This document shows, one piece after another, positions 38,778-48,700 of a stretch of 59,403 bases of DNA (within the stretch, counting starts at the first letter, position 1; each line of letters opens with the position of its first letter). The DNA is from Candidatus Pacearchaeota archaeon (lineage in GTDB: Archaea; Nanobdellota; Nanobdellia; Pacearchaeales; GW2011-AR1), in NCBI GenBank assembly GCA_018221305.1, contig JAAOYK010000062.1, positions 1 through 59,403 on the forward strand, given 5' to 3'. A program made the translations under genes and the position numbers. The notes under the pieces were generated by a model. It was not told the origin of the DNA and searched no databases. It worked only from the letters and a program-made list of their open reading frames with translations.

Positions 38778-40527
38778 TTATGGTTTTAGTGCTATCCCAT
38801 ATGTGTCTGGGATTATCACTTCTTTTTATTAAGAATTTATCAATTACAAGGTAGTCAATCTCAGTGCCCATCATACATTTATAAGCATCATACATTGAGC
38901 ATACAATTGGTTCACCACGAATATTGAATGATGTATTAATTAATATTGGAATTTTTGATAGTTTTCCAAATTCTTTTATTAAATCATAATACAACTCATT
39001 TTGTTTTCTTGTAACTGTCTGTAATCTTCCAGTACCATCTACGTGAGTTACTGCAGGAATTTTTTTGTGCCACTGTTTTAATATTGGGTAGACCATTAGC
39101 ATAAAATCAGTAGATTCGGGTATTGGCTGATCACAATCAAAATATTTTAGTGCATCATCTTTACAAATCACTGGAGCAAAAGGTCTAAATTTTTCACGAT
39201 GTTTTACTTTAAGATTTAAAAGATCTTGTGCCTTTAGATTGCACGGGTTTGAAAGTATACTTCGAGCACCTAGCGCGCGCGGGCCCCATTCCATACGTCC
39301 CTGAAACCATCCCACAACACTATTTTCGTAAATTAATTTTGCAACACTGGTTATTAACTTTTTGTTATCTTTAAACGTAGAGTATTTAATTTTATTTTTG
39401 TCTAAAAAACGCTTTATTTGATCAGCAGTAAACGAAGGGCCAAGATATGCTGAATTTAAACCATGGGTCCTTTTATTTTTTAAAAGCTGATTATAGATAT
39501 AAAATGCTACCCCTAAACTTGTACCCCCATCTCCAGGATCTGGCTGCGACCAAAAGTGCTTAAAAGGAGTATTTTTTAAAATTTTGCCATTAGCTACACT
39601 ATTTAATCCACAACCTCCTGCAAGAACAAGATTTTCAGATTTTGTTTCGTTATATATATGGTTTAACATTTTGATTAGAATATCCTCATAAACAAACTGC
39701 AAGGCTGCAGCAATATCTTTATGCCTTTGAGTAACTTCAGACCCTGGCTTTCTTACAGAACCTCCAAGAAGCCGACATAATTTTCTTGATGGCATCCTTT
39801 CTGAAAAATGGTATACAAAATTGCTCATATCAAAACGAAAACTTCCATCATTTTTTAAGTCTATTAAGCTCATTAATTTCTCATAATAAGGATTCTTTTC
39901 CCGATCAGATTCTCCATATGCTGCTAATCCCATTACCTTATATTCTGAATTATTTGCCCTAAAACCAAGATATGTAGTAATAGTAGAGTACAAAAGTCCT
40001 AAAGAGCTTGGAAAATCTATTTCTTTTAATAATTTAACGTTATTTTTATCCCCAACCCCATACGAACTAGTAGTCCATTCCCCTACACCATCTAAATTAA
40101 GAATTGCTGCTTTTTCAAACGGACTTGGAAAAAAAGATCCTGCAGAGTGTGCTAAATGATGGTCCACAAATAAAAGTTCATTTTTAAAACCAAGTTTTTT
40201 GATCTTTTTTACTATTTTTAACTTTTCTGTAAACCACGGACTAATTGAGGATAAAAAAACCTTATAACTTCTTGGAAACATCTGAAGATGTTGATATATA
40301 ATTCTCTCAAACTTTAAAAAAGGTTTCTCATAAAATCCAATATACTCTACTTCGTTTAAAGTTATATTCGCTATTTCTAAACATTTTTCAATAGCTTTTT
40401 TTGGAAACGAAACATCATGCTTCTTTCTTGTAAGCCTTTCCTCTTGTATAGCTGCTACTACTTTTCCGTCTTTTAAAAGAGTTGCTGAGGAGTCATGATA
40501 ATAACAGCTAATTCCTAAAATGTACAT
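38767..40527 (-). CDS. O-carbamoyltransferase (NodU/CmcH/SxtI family)
   Basis: YHDSSA..EERLTRKKH, HHLAH, DGVGE, EYKVMGLAAYG, AGGCGLN, EWGPRALGARS, THVDGTGR, NTSFN. Confidence 0.95.
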   Translation of the reverse strand: MYILGISCYYHDSSATLLKDGKVVAAIQEERLTRKKHDVSFPKKAIEKCLEIANITLNEVEYIGFYEKPFLKFERIIYQHLQMFPRSYKVFLSSISPWFTEKLKIVKKIKKLGFKNELLFVDHHLAHSAGSFFPSPFEKAAILNLDGVGEWTTSSYGVGDKNNVKLLKEIDFPSSLGLLYSTITTYLGFRANNSEYKVMGLAAYGESDREKNPYYEKLMSLIDLKNDGSFRFDMSNFVYHFSERMPSRKLCRLLGGSVRKPGSEVTQRHKDIAAALQFVYEDILIKMLNHIYNETKSENLVLAGGCGLNSVANGKILKNTPFKHFWSQPDPGDGGTSLGVAFYIYNQLLKNKRTHGLNSAYLGPSFTADQIKRFLDKNKIKYSTFKDNKKLITSVAKLIYENSVVGWFQGRMEWGPRALGARSILSNPCNLKAQDLLNLKVKHREKFRPFAPVICKDDALKYFDCDQPIPESTDFMLMVYPILKQWHKKIPAVTHVDGTGRLQTVTRKQNELYYDLIKEFGKLSKIPILINTSFNIRGEPIVCSMYDAYKCMMGTEIDYLVIDKFLIKRSDNPRHIWDSTKTINEN

Positions 40528-40529
40528 TT

Positions 40530-40781
40530 TTAAAATTGATTACAACAATCCTCCATTTTGTTTGAATTTTGATGATAATCCTTCCAATAACTTTTCTTAT
40601 CCTTTTCAAGACGTAATTCCAAAAGTTGTTTTCTAAAAAGTTTCGCGAACACGCAAGTAATACCAATACCAAAAATGTATACAGCAGTTAAAATTATGGA
40701 ATTAACCAACACTGTGATACTTTTTCCAAATTCCTTTTGACCTTGGATAAACCCTTTAAAAAATAATTTTATTTTTCCCAT
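40530..40781 (-). CDS. SxtJ-like membrane protein, C-terminal half
   Basis: NSIIL..VY...I....KLF.K..L......KSYW......QF matches the SxtJ C-terminus; abuts the carbamoyltransferase. Confidence 0.7.
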   Translation of the reverse strand: MGKIKLFFKGFIQGQKEFGKSITVLVNSIILTAVYIFGIGITCVFAKLFRKQLLELRLEKDKKSYWKDYHQNSNKMEDCCNQF

Positions 40782-40782
40782 A

Positions 40783-40968
40783 TTATTTAAGCCAATATTT
40801 TAATAAAGTTCCAAAAATTAAGATAGATAATGCTATTGAAAAAGTATGAAAAAAGGTCCAAGATTTTGGGAGTTTACCAAAAAAATTTAAGGCAAAATAC
40901 ATAATAAAACTAAACAATAACAATGAAAATATATAACCACTGAGATTTCCCACTTTTTTTGAGTCCAT
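40783..40968 (-). CDS. Small two-TM protein, probably the SxtJ N-terminal half
   Basis: Two hydrophobic helices; stop is 1 nt before the ATG of the SxtJ-like ORF. Confidence 0.55.
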   Translation of the reverse strand: MDSKKVGNLSGYIFSLLLFSFIMYFALNFFGKLPKSWTFFHTFSIALSILIFGTLLKYWLK

Positions 40969-41068
40969 AAGAAATTATGTAAGCGACCATTTAAAAAGTT
41001 TACTATACTCTCAATACTTATGTCGTAGAATAGCATATATCCTCGGTTACACTTATAAAAATTAATAT

Positions 41069-41944
41069 TTAGGCATTTTTTCTTCCAAAAGTTATCCAAT
41101 ACCCGCCTTCATGATGTGTTCTCCAGATCCAAGTAAATTGTTTATAAAACCTTGTTGGAAAAATCGGATAAGTCTCGTTAGCATTATTCCACACCCCAGC
41201 CATCTCCAATGCACCCTGGTAAAGAGGGGTAGAAGATGGGACTGTTTGATAGTATTTAACATTATTATTTTTAAACCACTTTAAAACTTCACCAATAGTA
41301 TGACTGGTTTCATGTGGATGAAGATACTGATCATTCCACCACCCTCTTGCACGTTCCTTATCTTTAACATCACCAATTTGCATTTGTATGAACCAATCCT
41401 TTACCTTGTCATTATTCTTAAAAATAGTCTTTGCCAACATTTTTCGGATTTTTAATGGAATTCTCCCGTATTTATTATATAAACCGATTGCAATATGTCC
41501 GCCAGGTTTAAGAAGCTTCAAAATATTTTTAAATCCCTTGTAAGCGTCCCCGGTATGATGCAGAACACCCAAACACAAAACATAATCAAACTTCATCCCA
41601 ATATCTTCTATCTCTTTATCATTAAGTATATCAACCTTTTTCAAAGTTAAAGAATCAAGCTTTAATTTTTCTTTTAATTTACGTGCCTTGCTTAGCGATC
41701 CATCGGACAAATCTATCCCCCATACGTTTTTTCTATTTAATGATAAGAATGAAGATAATTGGCCGGTACCAGTACCAACATCAATAACTGTTGCATTTTT
41801 TGGAATAGTCCTATCTAAAATTTTTGCAAAAGTATAAGCCCCAGAAGCTAAATCAGCTTTACTGTTAAACCGATCTAATTCATAATCTGGAAATGGTGTT
41901 TCATTATAAAAATCTTGGACCTGTTTACCAATTTTTGTGACCAT
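41069..41944 (-). CDS. Class I SAM-dependent methyltransferase
   Basis: FY...PFP, IDVGTGTGQ, GVLHHT, LKPGG, DQYLHPHE; start set by TATA spacing. Confidence 0.88.
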   Translation of the reverse strand: MVTKIGKQVQDFYNETPFPDYELDRFNSKADLASGAYTFAKILDRTIPKNATVIDVGTGTGQLSSFLSLNRKNVWGIDLSDGSLSKARKLKEKLKLDSLTLKKVDILNDKEIEDIGMKFDYVLCLGVLHHTGDAYKGFKNILKLLKPGGHIAIGLYNKYGRIPLKIRKMLAKTIFKNNDKVKDWFIQMQIGDVKDKERARGWWNDQYLHPHETSHTIGEVLKWFKNNNVKYYQTVPSSTPLYQGALEMAGVWNNANETYPIFPTRFYKQFTWIWRTHHEGGYWITFGRKNA

Positions 41945-42020
41945 ATCTGTAAAAAGGATATTGGGCATATATAAAGATATTGATACAAATACACAATCCA
42001 AACACTAAAGATAGGCTGAT

Positions 42021-42518
42021 TTATTTTATAACTTGTATTTTGACATCAATTTGGACATAAATATTATTTAAAAAAGTTGCCAGAATTTTAAGAATTTTTG
42101 GATGTAGCCATCTTAAGTACCTTTGAGGATGAATATACATGTTTTTAATCTTAAACCTTTGTCTTCCAGAACGGCTCACGTCATAATTATCATTACCACA
42201 AATTGAAGTAAATGACTTATCATTAAAAAAAGATTTATGCCCTAAATCAAAATATGCAGATTTACTTCCTACATAGGGAACAGTTATCTCAATTATAGCA
42301 TTATTTTTACAAATTCTATGGAGTTCATCAAAAACTGCAGGTAAATTCCCTACATGTTCTAAAACTTGCTCAGAAATGACATAAGTGAACTGATTTTCTT
42401 TAAAAGGATAAGGTGTTTTTTCAAAATTAAATGATTTATCTATCCAATCTGCTTCTTGAATATCAACATTCACATATCCTTCTCTTGCTTTACTTCCGCA
42501 ACCAAAGTTCAATTTCAT
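42021..42518 (-). CDS. Class I SAM-dependent methyltransferase-domain protein (paralog of 15666..16193)
   Basis: KLNFGCG, VNVD, QVLEH, ELHRICK. Confidence 0.85.
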   Translation of the reverse strand: MKLNFGCGSKAREGYVNVDIQEADWIDKSFNFEKTPYPFKENQFTYVISEQVLEHVGNLPAVFDELHRICKNNAIIEITVPYVGSKSAYFDLGHKSFFNDKSFTSICGNDNYDVSRSGRQRFKIKNMYIHPQRYLRWLHPKILKILATFLNNIYVQIDVKIQVIK

Positions 42519-42653
42519 AATCTTACATCAATTTAAGCATTTTTAAAGGATATGGTACTAAATAATAATGAACAGAAGATTATACAAGTATAGAATTCTT
42601 TAAAAACTAAATATTCTACCTAAAAGAATCTGACAGATATTAGAAGGTTTTAA

Positions 42654-43991
42654 ATGGTAGATAAAAAATTAAAGTTCTGGAATGAAAAAATCCCTTTTTT
42701 AAAGAAATTAAAGGAATTTTTTTTGAAAAGCAATCATAATGGTATAAATCTATGGCCAATTATGGCTGGAGAGAGTTATACATACAATACATTTAGTGAA
42801 AAAAGCCGGTTGAAAAGGTTTCTTATGGTTCTTAAGCTTATATTTTTTAAAGAAAATTTTAAACTTAAATCTGAGAAAGATAAGATCTGGGCAACATTTT
42901 TTATGCCACGAGATGATCATCAAGAACTAGTTGCAAAAGCAATTGAAAAATTCTCAAAAAAAGAATTACTTTTTCTTAATGCGTGTGAGTATAAAAAACA
43001 AAAAGCACTTTTGAAAGGAAGACTAACATTTCCTGACTTTTCTCTTATATTTAAAATATGGAAACAGTTTAAAGATGCAAAACTTAAAAAAACATTACAA
43101 GAAAATTATTTATTTTTTATAGCACGTACATATCAAAGATGTAAACAAATAGACTATTTTACTAATCAAATTGAAAAGTATAATCCAAAAGCACACATAG
43201 CGTTTTGTCCTTCTGCTTTTGGAGAAGAAGCAGTTATTACAAGCATTATGAAAAAACAGAAAAAACCAACGTTTACGCTTCAACATGGATTTTTTTATAA
43301 TAGTCCAAAAAATTTTGCAAGTCAAGCAGTTGTGAGTGAAAATGTTATCTCAGATTACTCGCTTCTCTGGGGGAAAACTAGTTACGATCATCAAAAAAAA
43401 TATCTAGATAAATCAAGATTAATACTTGCAGGAAATCCTAAATATTCACTTAAGGATGTTAGGAAATTAAAAAAATTTGCACCAAAAACTGCTACATTCT
43501 TTTTTAGTGTTACAGGTTATGAAGAAAGTAATGCAAGCATAGTAAAAATTATTAATGAGTTTGCAAAAAAATATCCTAAAATACGATTTAATATGAAAAT
43601 ACATCCTTTTGATGAGATAGATAATTATACTCAGTATATAACGCAGGAAAATATAAAATTTGTGGGTAAAAATGTTCCTATAAAAGAATTACTAGAAACA
43701 AGTGATTTTGTCATACTACACAATACGTCTGTAACTTACGAAGCATTAATTTATAGAATTCCAATGATGAGATTTGTTGACAAAGTTGCTGAAAATCTTT
43801 GGGAAAAAGTGGACACGTTTAAAAATTTGGATGAATTTGAAAAATTGTTTAAAAACTTAGAAAATCCTAAAAAATTTAAAGACATGATGAGATTTTACGA
43901 CAAAAAATTTAAAGCAAACCTTTATTTTCATGCCAAAAAAGAACCCTCAACAGTATATTATGAAGAAATCATGAAAAGAATAAAACCCTAA
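42654..43991 (+). CDS. GT-B protein of CDP-glycerol glycerophosphotransferase / sialyltransferase-like type
   Basis: TLQHG, LLWG, AGNPKY, MKIHP and NTSVTYEAL...P motifs. Confidence 0.6.
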   Translation: MVDKKLKFWNEKIPFLKKLKEFFLKSNHNGINLWPIMAGESYTYNTFSEKSRLKRFLMVLKLIFFKENFKLKSEKDKIWATFFMPRDDHQELVAKAIEKFSKKELLFLNACEYKKQKALLKGRLTFPDFSLIFKIWKQFKDAKLKKTLQENYLFFIARTYQRCKQIDYFTNQIEKYNPKAHIAFCPSAFGEEAVITSIMKKQKKPTFTLQHGFFYNSPKNFASQAVVSENVISDYSLLWGKTSYDHQKKYLDKSRLILAGNPKYSLKDVRKLKKFAPKTATFFFSVTGYEESNASIVKIINEFAKKYPKIRFNMKIHPFDEIDNYTQYITQENIKFVGKNVPIKELLETSDFVILHNTSVTYEALIYRIPMMRFVDKVAENLWEKVDTFKNLDEFEKLFKNLENPKKFKDMMRFYDKKFKANLYFHAKKEPSTVYYEEIMKRIKP

Positions 43992-44723
43992 TTATTTTAT
44001 TTTATTATTTGAAGCAAAAACATTATAATGATTCTTATCATTTAATTTTTCATATTTTAAATATCCACCAGCAGCTTTTACTAAAGCCAAACCTGCAGCA
44101 ACATCCCACAAAATTATTCCATCTTCAGCGTATACGTCTGTTTTTCCAGCAGCAACATAAGCAAGGGATAAAGCTGCTGAACCCAAAAATCTTGCCTTTT
44201 TATAATTTTGAAACATTTTAACAACTTTTAGCAAATCTTCATCAGAATAACTAGAATTTACTGGAATACCTGACGCGATTATAGCGCGCTTTTTATCTTC
44301 AATATTACTAACAGTTATTTCCTTATCATTAAGCCAAGCCCCTTTACCAACAATTCCAAAATATAAATCGTTTCTATTAAAATCATAAATAACGCCTAGC
44401 AAAGGTTCTTGACCATCCCATAAAGCAATAGAGACCGCAGAGTTTGGAATTCCTCTTAAAAAATTTAAACTTCCGTCAAGCGAGTCAACATACCAAACAA
44501 GTTCTGTTTTTTTATCAAAAAAGCCTCTTTCTTCGGCAAGTATAGAATAATTTGAACTATTTAATAAGTAGTTAAGAATAATCTTTTCTGCAGCTCGGTC
44601 TGCATCTAATTTAATATCTTTACCTTTATTTTCAAGAACTTGAATATTTTCTAAATTTTTTAGATATTCTCCGGCATCTATTGCTGCCTTTTTTGCCAGT
44701 TTTAATTCATTTTCAAGATCCAT
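43992..44723 (-). CDS. Inositol monophosphatase family phosphatase
   Basis: ADRAAE, ILAEE, WYVDSLDGSLNF, GSAALSLAYVAAG, WDVAAG. Confidence 0.92.
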   Translation of the reverse strand: MDLENELKLAKKAAIDAGEYLKNLENIQVLENKGKDIKLDADRAAEKIILNYLLNSSNYSILAEERGFFDKKTELVWYVDSLDGSLNFLRGIPNSAVSIALWDGQEPLLGVIYDFNRNDLYFGIVGKGAWLNDKEITVSNIEDKKRAIIASGIPVNSSYSDEDLLKVVKMFQNYKKARFLGSAALSLAYVAAGKTDVYAEDGIILWDVAAGLALVKAAGGYLKYEKLNDKNHYNVFASNNKIK

Positions 44724-45669
44724 TTTCAAAAAAATCTTTTAATCCATTAACTGAAGCATAACCCATTGCAAGAATTGATTCGTTAGAATTTCCACCAATG
44801 TGTGGAGTACAAATCAAATTTCTTAATTTTAATAATTCCTTGTTTTCAGGAGGATTTTCTGTTTTATACACGTCAAGGGCGCCACCAGCAATAATTGAAT
44901 TTTTTAATGCAAAAAATAGGTCATCTTCATTAATTATCTCAGAACGTGCAGTATTAATAATAAAAGAGGTTGAATTCATCATTTCAAAGACCTCTTTATT
45001 AATCAAATTTTGGGTCAGGTTTGTTAAAGGAATATGAAGACTTATTATGTCTGCTTTTTTATAGATTTCATCTTTTGAAACTTCTTTCAAATTATTTTCT
45101 TGATAAAATGATTTTTGCTCCTCATCTTGACGTATATCATTAACCAAAATCTCACATTCATAAGGTTTTAGTAACTTAACGATTTCTTTTCCAACATTTC
45201 CTACGCCAATGATTCCAATTGTTTTTTTTGACAAATTTCTTCCTCCAGCTTTGTCCCAAGAGTTTTCTTTTAGTTTTAAGGAGGTTTGATACCAATTTCT
45301 CATAAGACCCGACATTAACCCTAAAGTTAATTCTGCAACAGAACGCTTATTTACACCTTCTTTATTTTTTATTGTTACACTATATTTTGCACATGCAGCT
45401 AGATCCAAGTTGTCTAACCCTACCCCATAATTAGAAATAATTTTCAAATTCGGACATTTTTCAAGGACTGATTCATCTATTATATCTGCACCAATTATTG
45501 CACCTTCAACTTCTTTTAAAACATTAATCAATTCTTGAAAAGAATACCTTTTTCCAGTATTATTTAAGATACAGTTAGGAAATGTCTCTTTTAATGTAGA
45601 AACTAAATATTCTTTACTTGAAAAAGTACCGCCAGTGGCTGCAATTTTATTAGGATATTGCTTTGTCAT
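44713..45669 (-). CDS. D-isomer-specific 2-hydroxyacid dehydrogenase (PGDH-like, no regulatory domain)
   Basis: YGVGLDN.D, SVAEL, GIIGVGNVG, SLHIPL, INTAR, ALDVY..E, TPHIGG. Confidence 0.9.
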   Translation of the reverse strand: MTKQYPNKIAATGGTFSSKEYLVSTLKETFPNCILNNTGKRYSFQELINVLKEVEGAIIGADIIDESVLEKCPNLKIISNYGVGLDNLDLAACAKYSVTIKNKEGVNKRSVAELTLGLMSGLMRNWYQTSLKLKENSWDKAGGRNLSKKTIGIIGVGNVGKEIVKLLKPYECEILVNDIRQDEEQKSFYQENNLKEVSKDEIYKKADIISLHIPLTNLTQNLINKEVFEMMNSTSFIINTARSEIINEDDLFFALKNSIIAGGALDVYKTENPPENKELLKLRNLICTPHIGGNSNESILAMGYASVNGLKDFFENGS

Positions 45670-45760
45670 TATAAGATTTTATTATTTTTTTGATTTTAAA
45701 AAGATATAATCAGTAAGAGCTCATTAAAAATAATAGTGAAGACCTACCTTATTAATCTTT

Positions 45761-47017
45761 CTAAAGAGTATTTTCTAGGCCTACAGACCCACCTTTTTGC
45801 CCTGAGAAAACGTCGCTAGCATGCTCCCCAGTATCATGAATATGAATAAAATCAAGATCTCCTGCTTTAGAAACAACATTTAAAATGAACTCTTGTGCAT
45901 CTAAAAGAGAAGAAGTATAATCTATAGTAAATGGATTTTTATTATTTAAGTGTTCAAGTGCAGTTTTTATAACTGGAACATATCTTATTTGTTTTTGATT
46001 TGTTAGTTCTAGTATATCTTTTCTTTTTTCATCATTATCAGAAAAGTAAAGCACATTTTGATGATAATCTAAGTAAAGTGACCCTTTTGTTCCAGTGATT
46101 TTAATCCTTCTTTGATTTTCTCTATCTGAAATATATTTCCCAACCAAGACTTGTACTGGAATCTTTTTTGAAGTTAAAAAGCTAAACTCAGCATAAGATT
46201 CTGCAATCTGTTCTTTAGGCAATTTATGCAAATTAACCCCTAAATCAAAATATTCTTTACATCTTGCGATTCTTACACTTCCGTGATTAAAGGACTTATC
46301 AATGTCTCCTAAGTAATCTTTAAGTGCAAACAAAGGAATTACAGCATGAAACCCTAAATCCTGTATCATACCTCCACCTGTTTTTTTATCGAATAAGTGA
46401 CTTCCACGATGATCTAACTTGCCAATATCACTTCCAGCTTCTAAAATTTTTATTTGTACAGAAAGAGGTTTACCAATCAAAGATTTTATATCAGGCATGG
46501 AATCATTAGAATCTTCTAAAAAATCTTTTTGTCTTAGAATATTTTCTGATTTGAAATAAAAACTATCAGGCTTAACTAATCCGTCTAACATTAAAAGAGG
46601 GATAGTTTTCCTCATTAAATGATATTCAAGTAAAGCAACATGGTTTGGGTTTTCTTTAATTAGATTTGATAATTCTTTTAATTGTAATTTATTTACTACG
46701 TAAGGCTTTTCAATCATTACCCTAAATCCATGCGAAACTAATTCTTTAGCATCAGGGGTATGTAAATTGTTTGCATGACCCAAAATTACAACAGGATTTT
46801 GTTCTTTTAGATCAAGAACCAGTTCACTTAAATTCTGTGAAGGTTCCCTTAATTTATGCTCAACAGATTTAAACAAATCCTTATTTGGAAAGGGTTTTTC
46901 TCGAATATCAATGGTTCTTACTACGTCTACTAAATCATTTTCTTGCATCACTTTTAAACAAGGTGCTAAAAATCTATAATAATAGTCCCCAGTTCCTACA
47001 ATAACTACCTTTTCCAT
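45761..47017 (-). CDS. Gfo/Idh/MocA family oxidoreductase
   Basis: VVIVGTG, H, VMIEKP, GGGMIQDLGFH. Confidence 0.8.
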   Translation of the reverse strand: MEKVVIVGTGDYYYRFLAPCLKVMQENDLVDVVRTIDIREKPFPNKDLFKSVEHKLREPSQNLSELVLDLKEQNPVVILGHANNLHTPDAKELVSHGFRVMIEKPYVVNKLQLKELSNLIKENPNHVALLEYHLMRKTIPLLMLDGLVKPDSFYFKSENILRQKDFLEDSNDSMPDIKSLIGKPLSVQIKILEAGSDIGKLDHRGSHLFDKKTGGGMIQDLGFHAVIPLFALKDYLGDIDKSFNHGSVRIARCKEYFDLGVNLHKLPKEQIAESYAEFSFLTSKKIPVQVLVGKYISDRENQRRIKITGTKGSLYLDYHQNVLYFSDNDEKRKDILELTNQKQIRYVPVIKTALEHLNNKNPFTIDYTSSLLDAQEFILNVVSKAGDLDFIHIHDTGEHASDVFSGQKGGSVGLENTL

Positions 47018-47069
47018 TTTGATTTTTAGAATTAACAATATATAAACATTATCATACAGGACAAAAGTA

Positions 47070-47111
47070 ATGTAGCTTAAAGTACTCTATATGTAGTTTA
47101 AAGTGCTCTAT
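47070..47111. repeat. Tandem 21-bp direct repeat (2 copies)
   Basis: ATGTAGCTTAAAGTACTCTAT / ATGTAGTTTAAAGTGCTCTAT, 19 of 21 identical, in a divergent intergenic region. Confidence 0.8.
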
Positions 47112-47161
47112 AATAAAATTTATATACTTTCTTTAAAGAATATTAAGATATAGAACTAAAC

Positions 47162-47887
47162 ATGGCAAAAAATAAATTTCTAAACCAAAGAAAAAGGGGG
47201 ATTATTAAAAAAATCCTTCCAAAAAAGATTGTTGAACATATTAGATATAAAAATGTCGCAAAAAGATTAAACACGGTTAAGAAATCACAAGATTTTTTAA
47301 AACTTCATGAGGAAGTAAAACAAATTAAGAAATATCTTCAAAATCCAAAACATTTAATAGACATTGGTGCAAATTGTGGTGAAATCTCTTTTTACTTATC
47401 AAAAGAATATCCTAATGCTAAAATCTATGCATTTGAACCTGGAACAAGAGCATTTAATGTTTTGCGGAAAATAAAAAAGAAATTTCATTTAAACAATCTT
47501 TTAATATATAAAATGGCCTTAGGAGATAAAAAAGAAATTGTAGGAATGGAATTTCCAGATTCAAATGATACTTTAGCATTCATAACAAAAAGAAAAAATT
47601 CAAAGAACAAAGTGAGAATAGAAAAATTAGATGATTTTATTGCAAAGAAAAAAATTACTCAAATAGATTTCATAAAAATTGATGTCGAAGGTTTTGAAAT
47701 GAAGATTTTAAATGGGGGAGCAAACTCAATTAAAAAATCAAAGCCATTAATGTTAGTAGAAGTAGACGAGGGAAATCAGAAGAGGTTTAATCACAGTTCT
47801 AAAGATATTTTAGACTTTATGAAAAAAATGAAATATGAAAAAATTCAGCATGATAATAATTATCTTTTCATACCAAAACGTAAATAG
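47162..47887 (+). CDS. FkbM family methyltransferase
   Basis: IDIGANCG, IYAFEP, LDDF, IDFIKIDVEGFE. Confidence 0.92.
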   Translation: MAKNKFLNQRKRGIIKKILPKKIVEHIRYKNVAKRLNTVKKSQDFLKLHEEVKQIKKYLQNPKHLIDIGANCGEISFYLSKEYPNAKIYAFEPGTRAFNVLRKIKKKFHLNNLLIYKMALGDKKEIVGMEFPDSNDTLAFITKRKNSKNKVRIEKLDDFIAKKKITQIDFIKIDVEGFEMKILNGGANSIKKSKPLMLVEVDEGNQKRFNHSSKDILDFMKKMKYEKIQHDNNYLFIPKRK

Positions 47888-47891
47888 AATC

Positions 47892-48545
47892 TTAAAGATT
47901 AACAAGATCTTGTTTAAGTAAAGCTTCTGCAAATAAAAAATCAGTAAGAGTATCAATATCAACTGCTTCTATATCATTCACCTGAACAGTTTTTACATTA
48001 CCACAAACACGCTTTGCATATTTCTTAAATGATTCTTTTCGAATAAAATAAAAATCTGCTTCTTCTTGAACAGGGATTAATGATTGAGTGCCAATTAAGT
48101 TATTAATATCATGATTAATAGGCTTATCTTTATACCAAAAACGGTTTTGTCTTGGAACAATACCAATCAGAGAATCTATACTAGGGTCTTGTTCCATCAA
48201 AGAAATGGATCTTTTTATAGTTTCAACAGTCAAAAAAGGCGTAGTAATAAGAATCCAGCCAATAATGTCATAATCTAACATATCAACTATCCGGTCTAAA
48301 AGTTCATTTCCTTGAATATGGTCAGCATCATATTCTTCTGGACGTTTTAAAGTCTTAAATCCCCATTCTTTTGCTATATTTAACACATGATCATCTGAGG
48401 AATCAATATATACATCAACACCAACAAGCTTTTTTAACGTGCTAAAAACATATGTATAAAGTGGCTTTCCATTTAGCAGTTTAAAAGTTTTTCCAGGTAA
48501 TCGCTTATTAGTAGTCTTTATTGTTGTAACAATACAGGTTTTCAT
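47892..48545 (-). CDS. CMP-ulosonate synthetase-like cytidylyltransferase (NeuA/KdsB family)
   Basis: KTTNKRLPGK..LLNGKPL, RPEEY, TTPF, EAVDIDT..DF. Confidence 0.85.
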   Translation of the reverse strand: MKTCIVTTIKTTNKRLPGKTFKLLNGKPLYTYVFSTLKKLVGVDVYIDSSDDHVLNIAKEWGFKTLKRPEEYDADHIQGNELLDRIVDMLDYDIIGWILITTPFLTVETIKRSISLMEQDPSIDSLIGIVPRQNRFWYKDKPINHDINNLIGTQSLIPVQEEADFYFIRKESFKKYAKRVCGNVKTVQVNDIEAVDIDTLTDFLFAEALLKQDLVNL

Positions 48546-48700
48546 GATTTCAGAATAAGAAATGTATTTAAATAAATTTGGGTCTTAAACAAACGCTATG
48601 AAGCCAAGTTTAGTACAAGATTTATACAAATGCAAACATGTATTTTTGCGAAACATTAATTTTTTATAGGCATTATTATTCATATTTACTTGACTACAAA

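Noticed and set aside
37621-40968. Saxitoxin biosynthesis
   Set aside because: Only the generic sxtI/J/K/L-like cassette is present. There is no sxtA, sxtG or other core gene, and the context is glycosylation.
44713-45669. serA (serine biosynthesis)
   Set aside because: No ACT domain or serine pathway neighbours. It overlaps an IMPase gene in a glycan locus, so only a family-level call is supported.
47070-47111. CRISPR array
   Set aside because: Only two directly adjacent copies, no spacers, and no cas genes.
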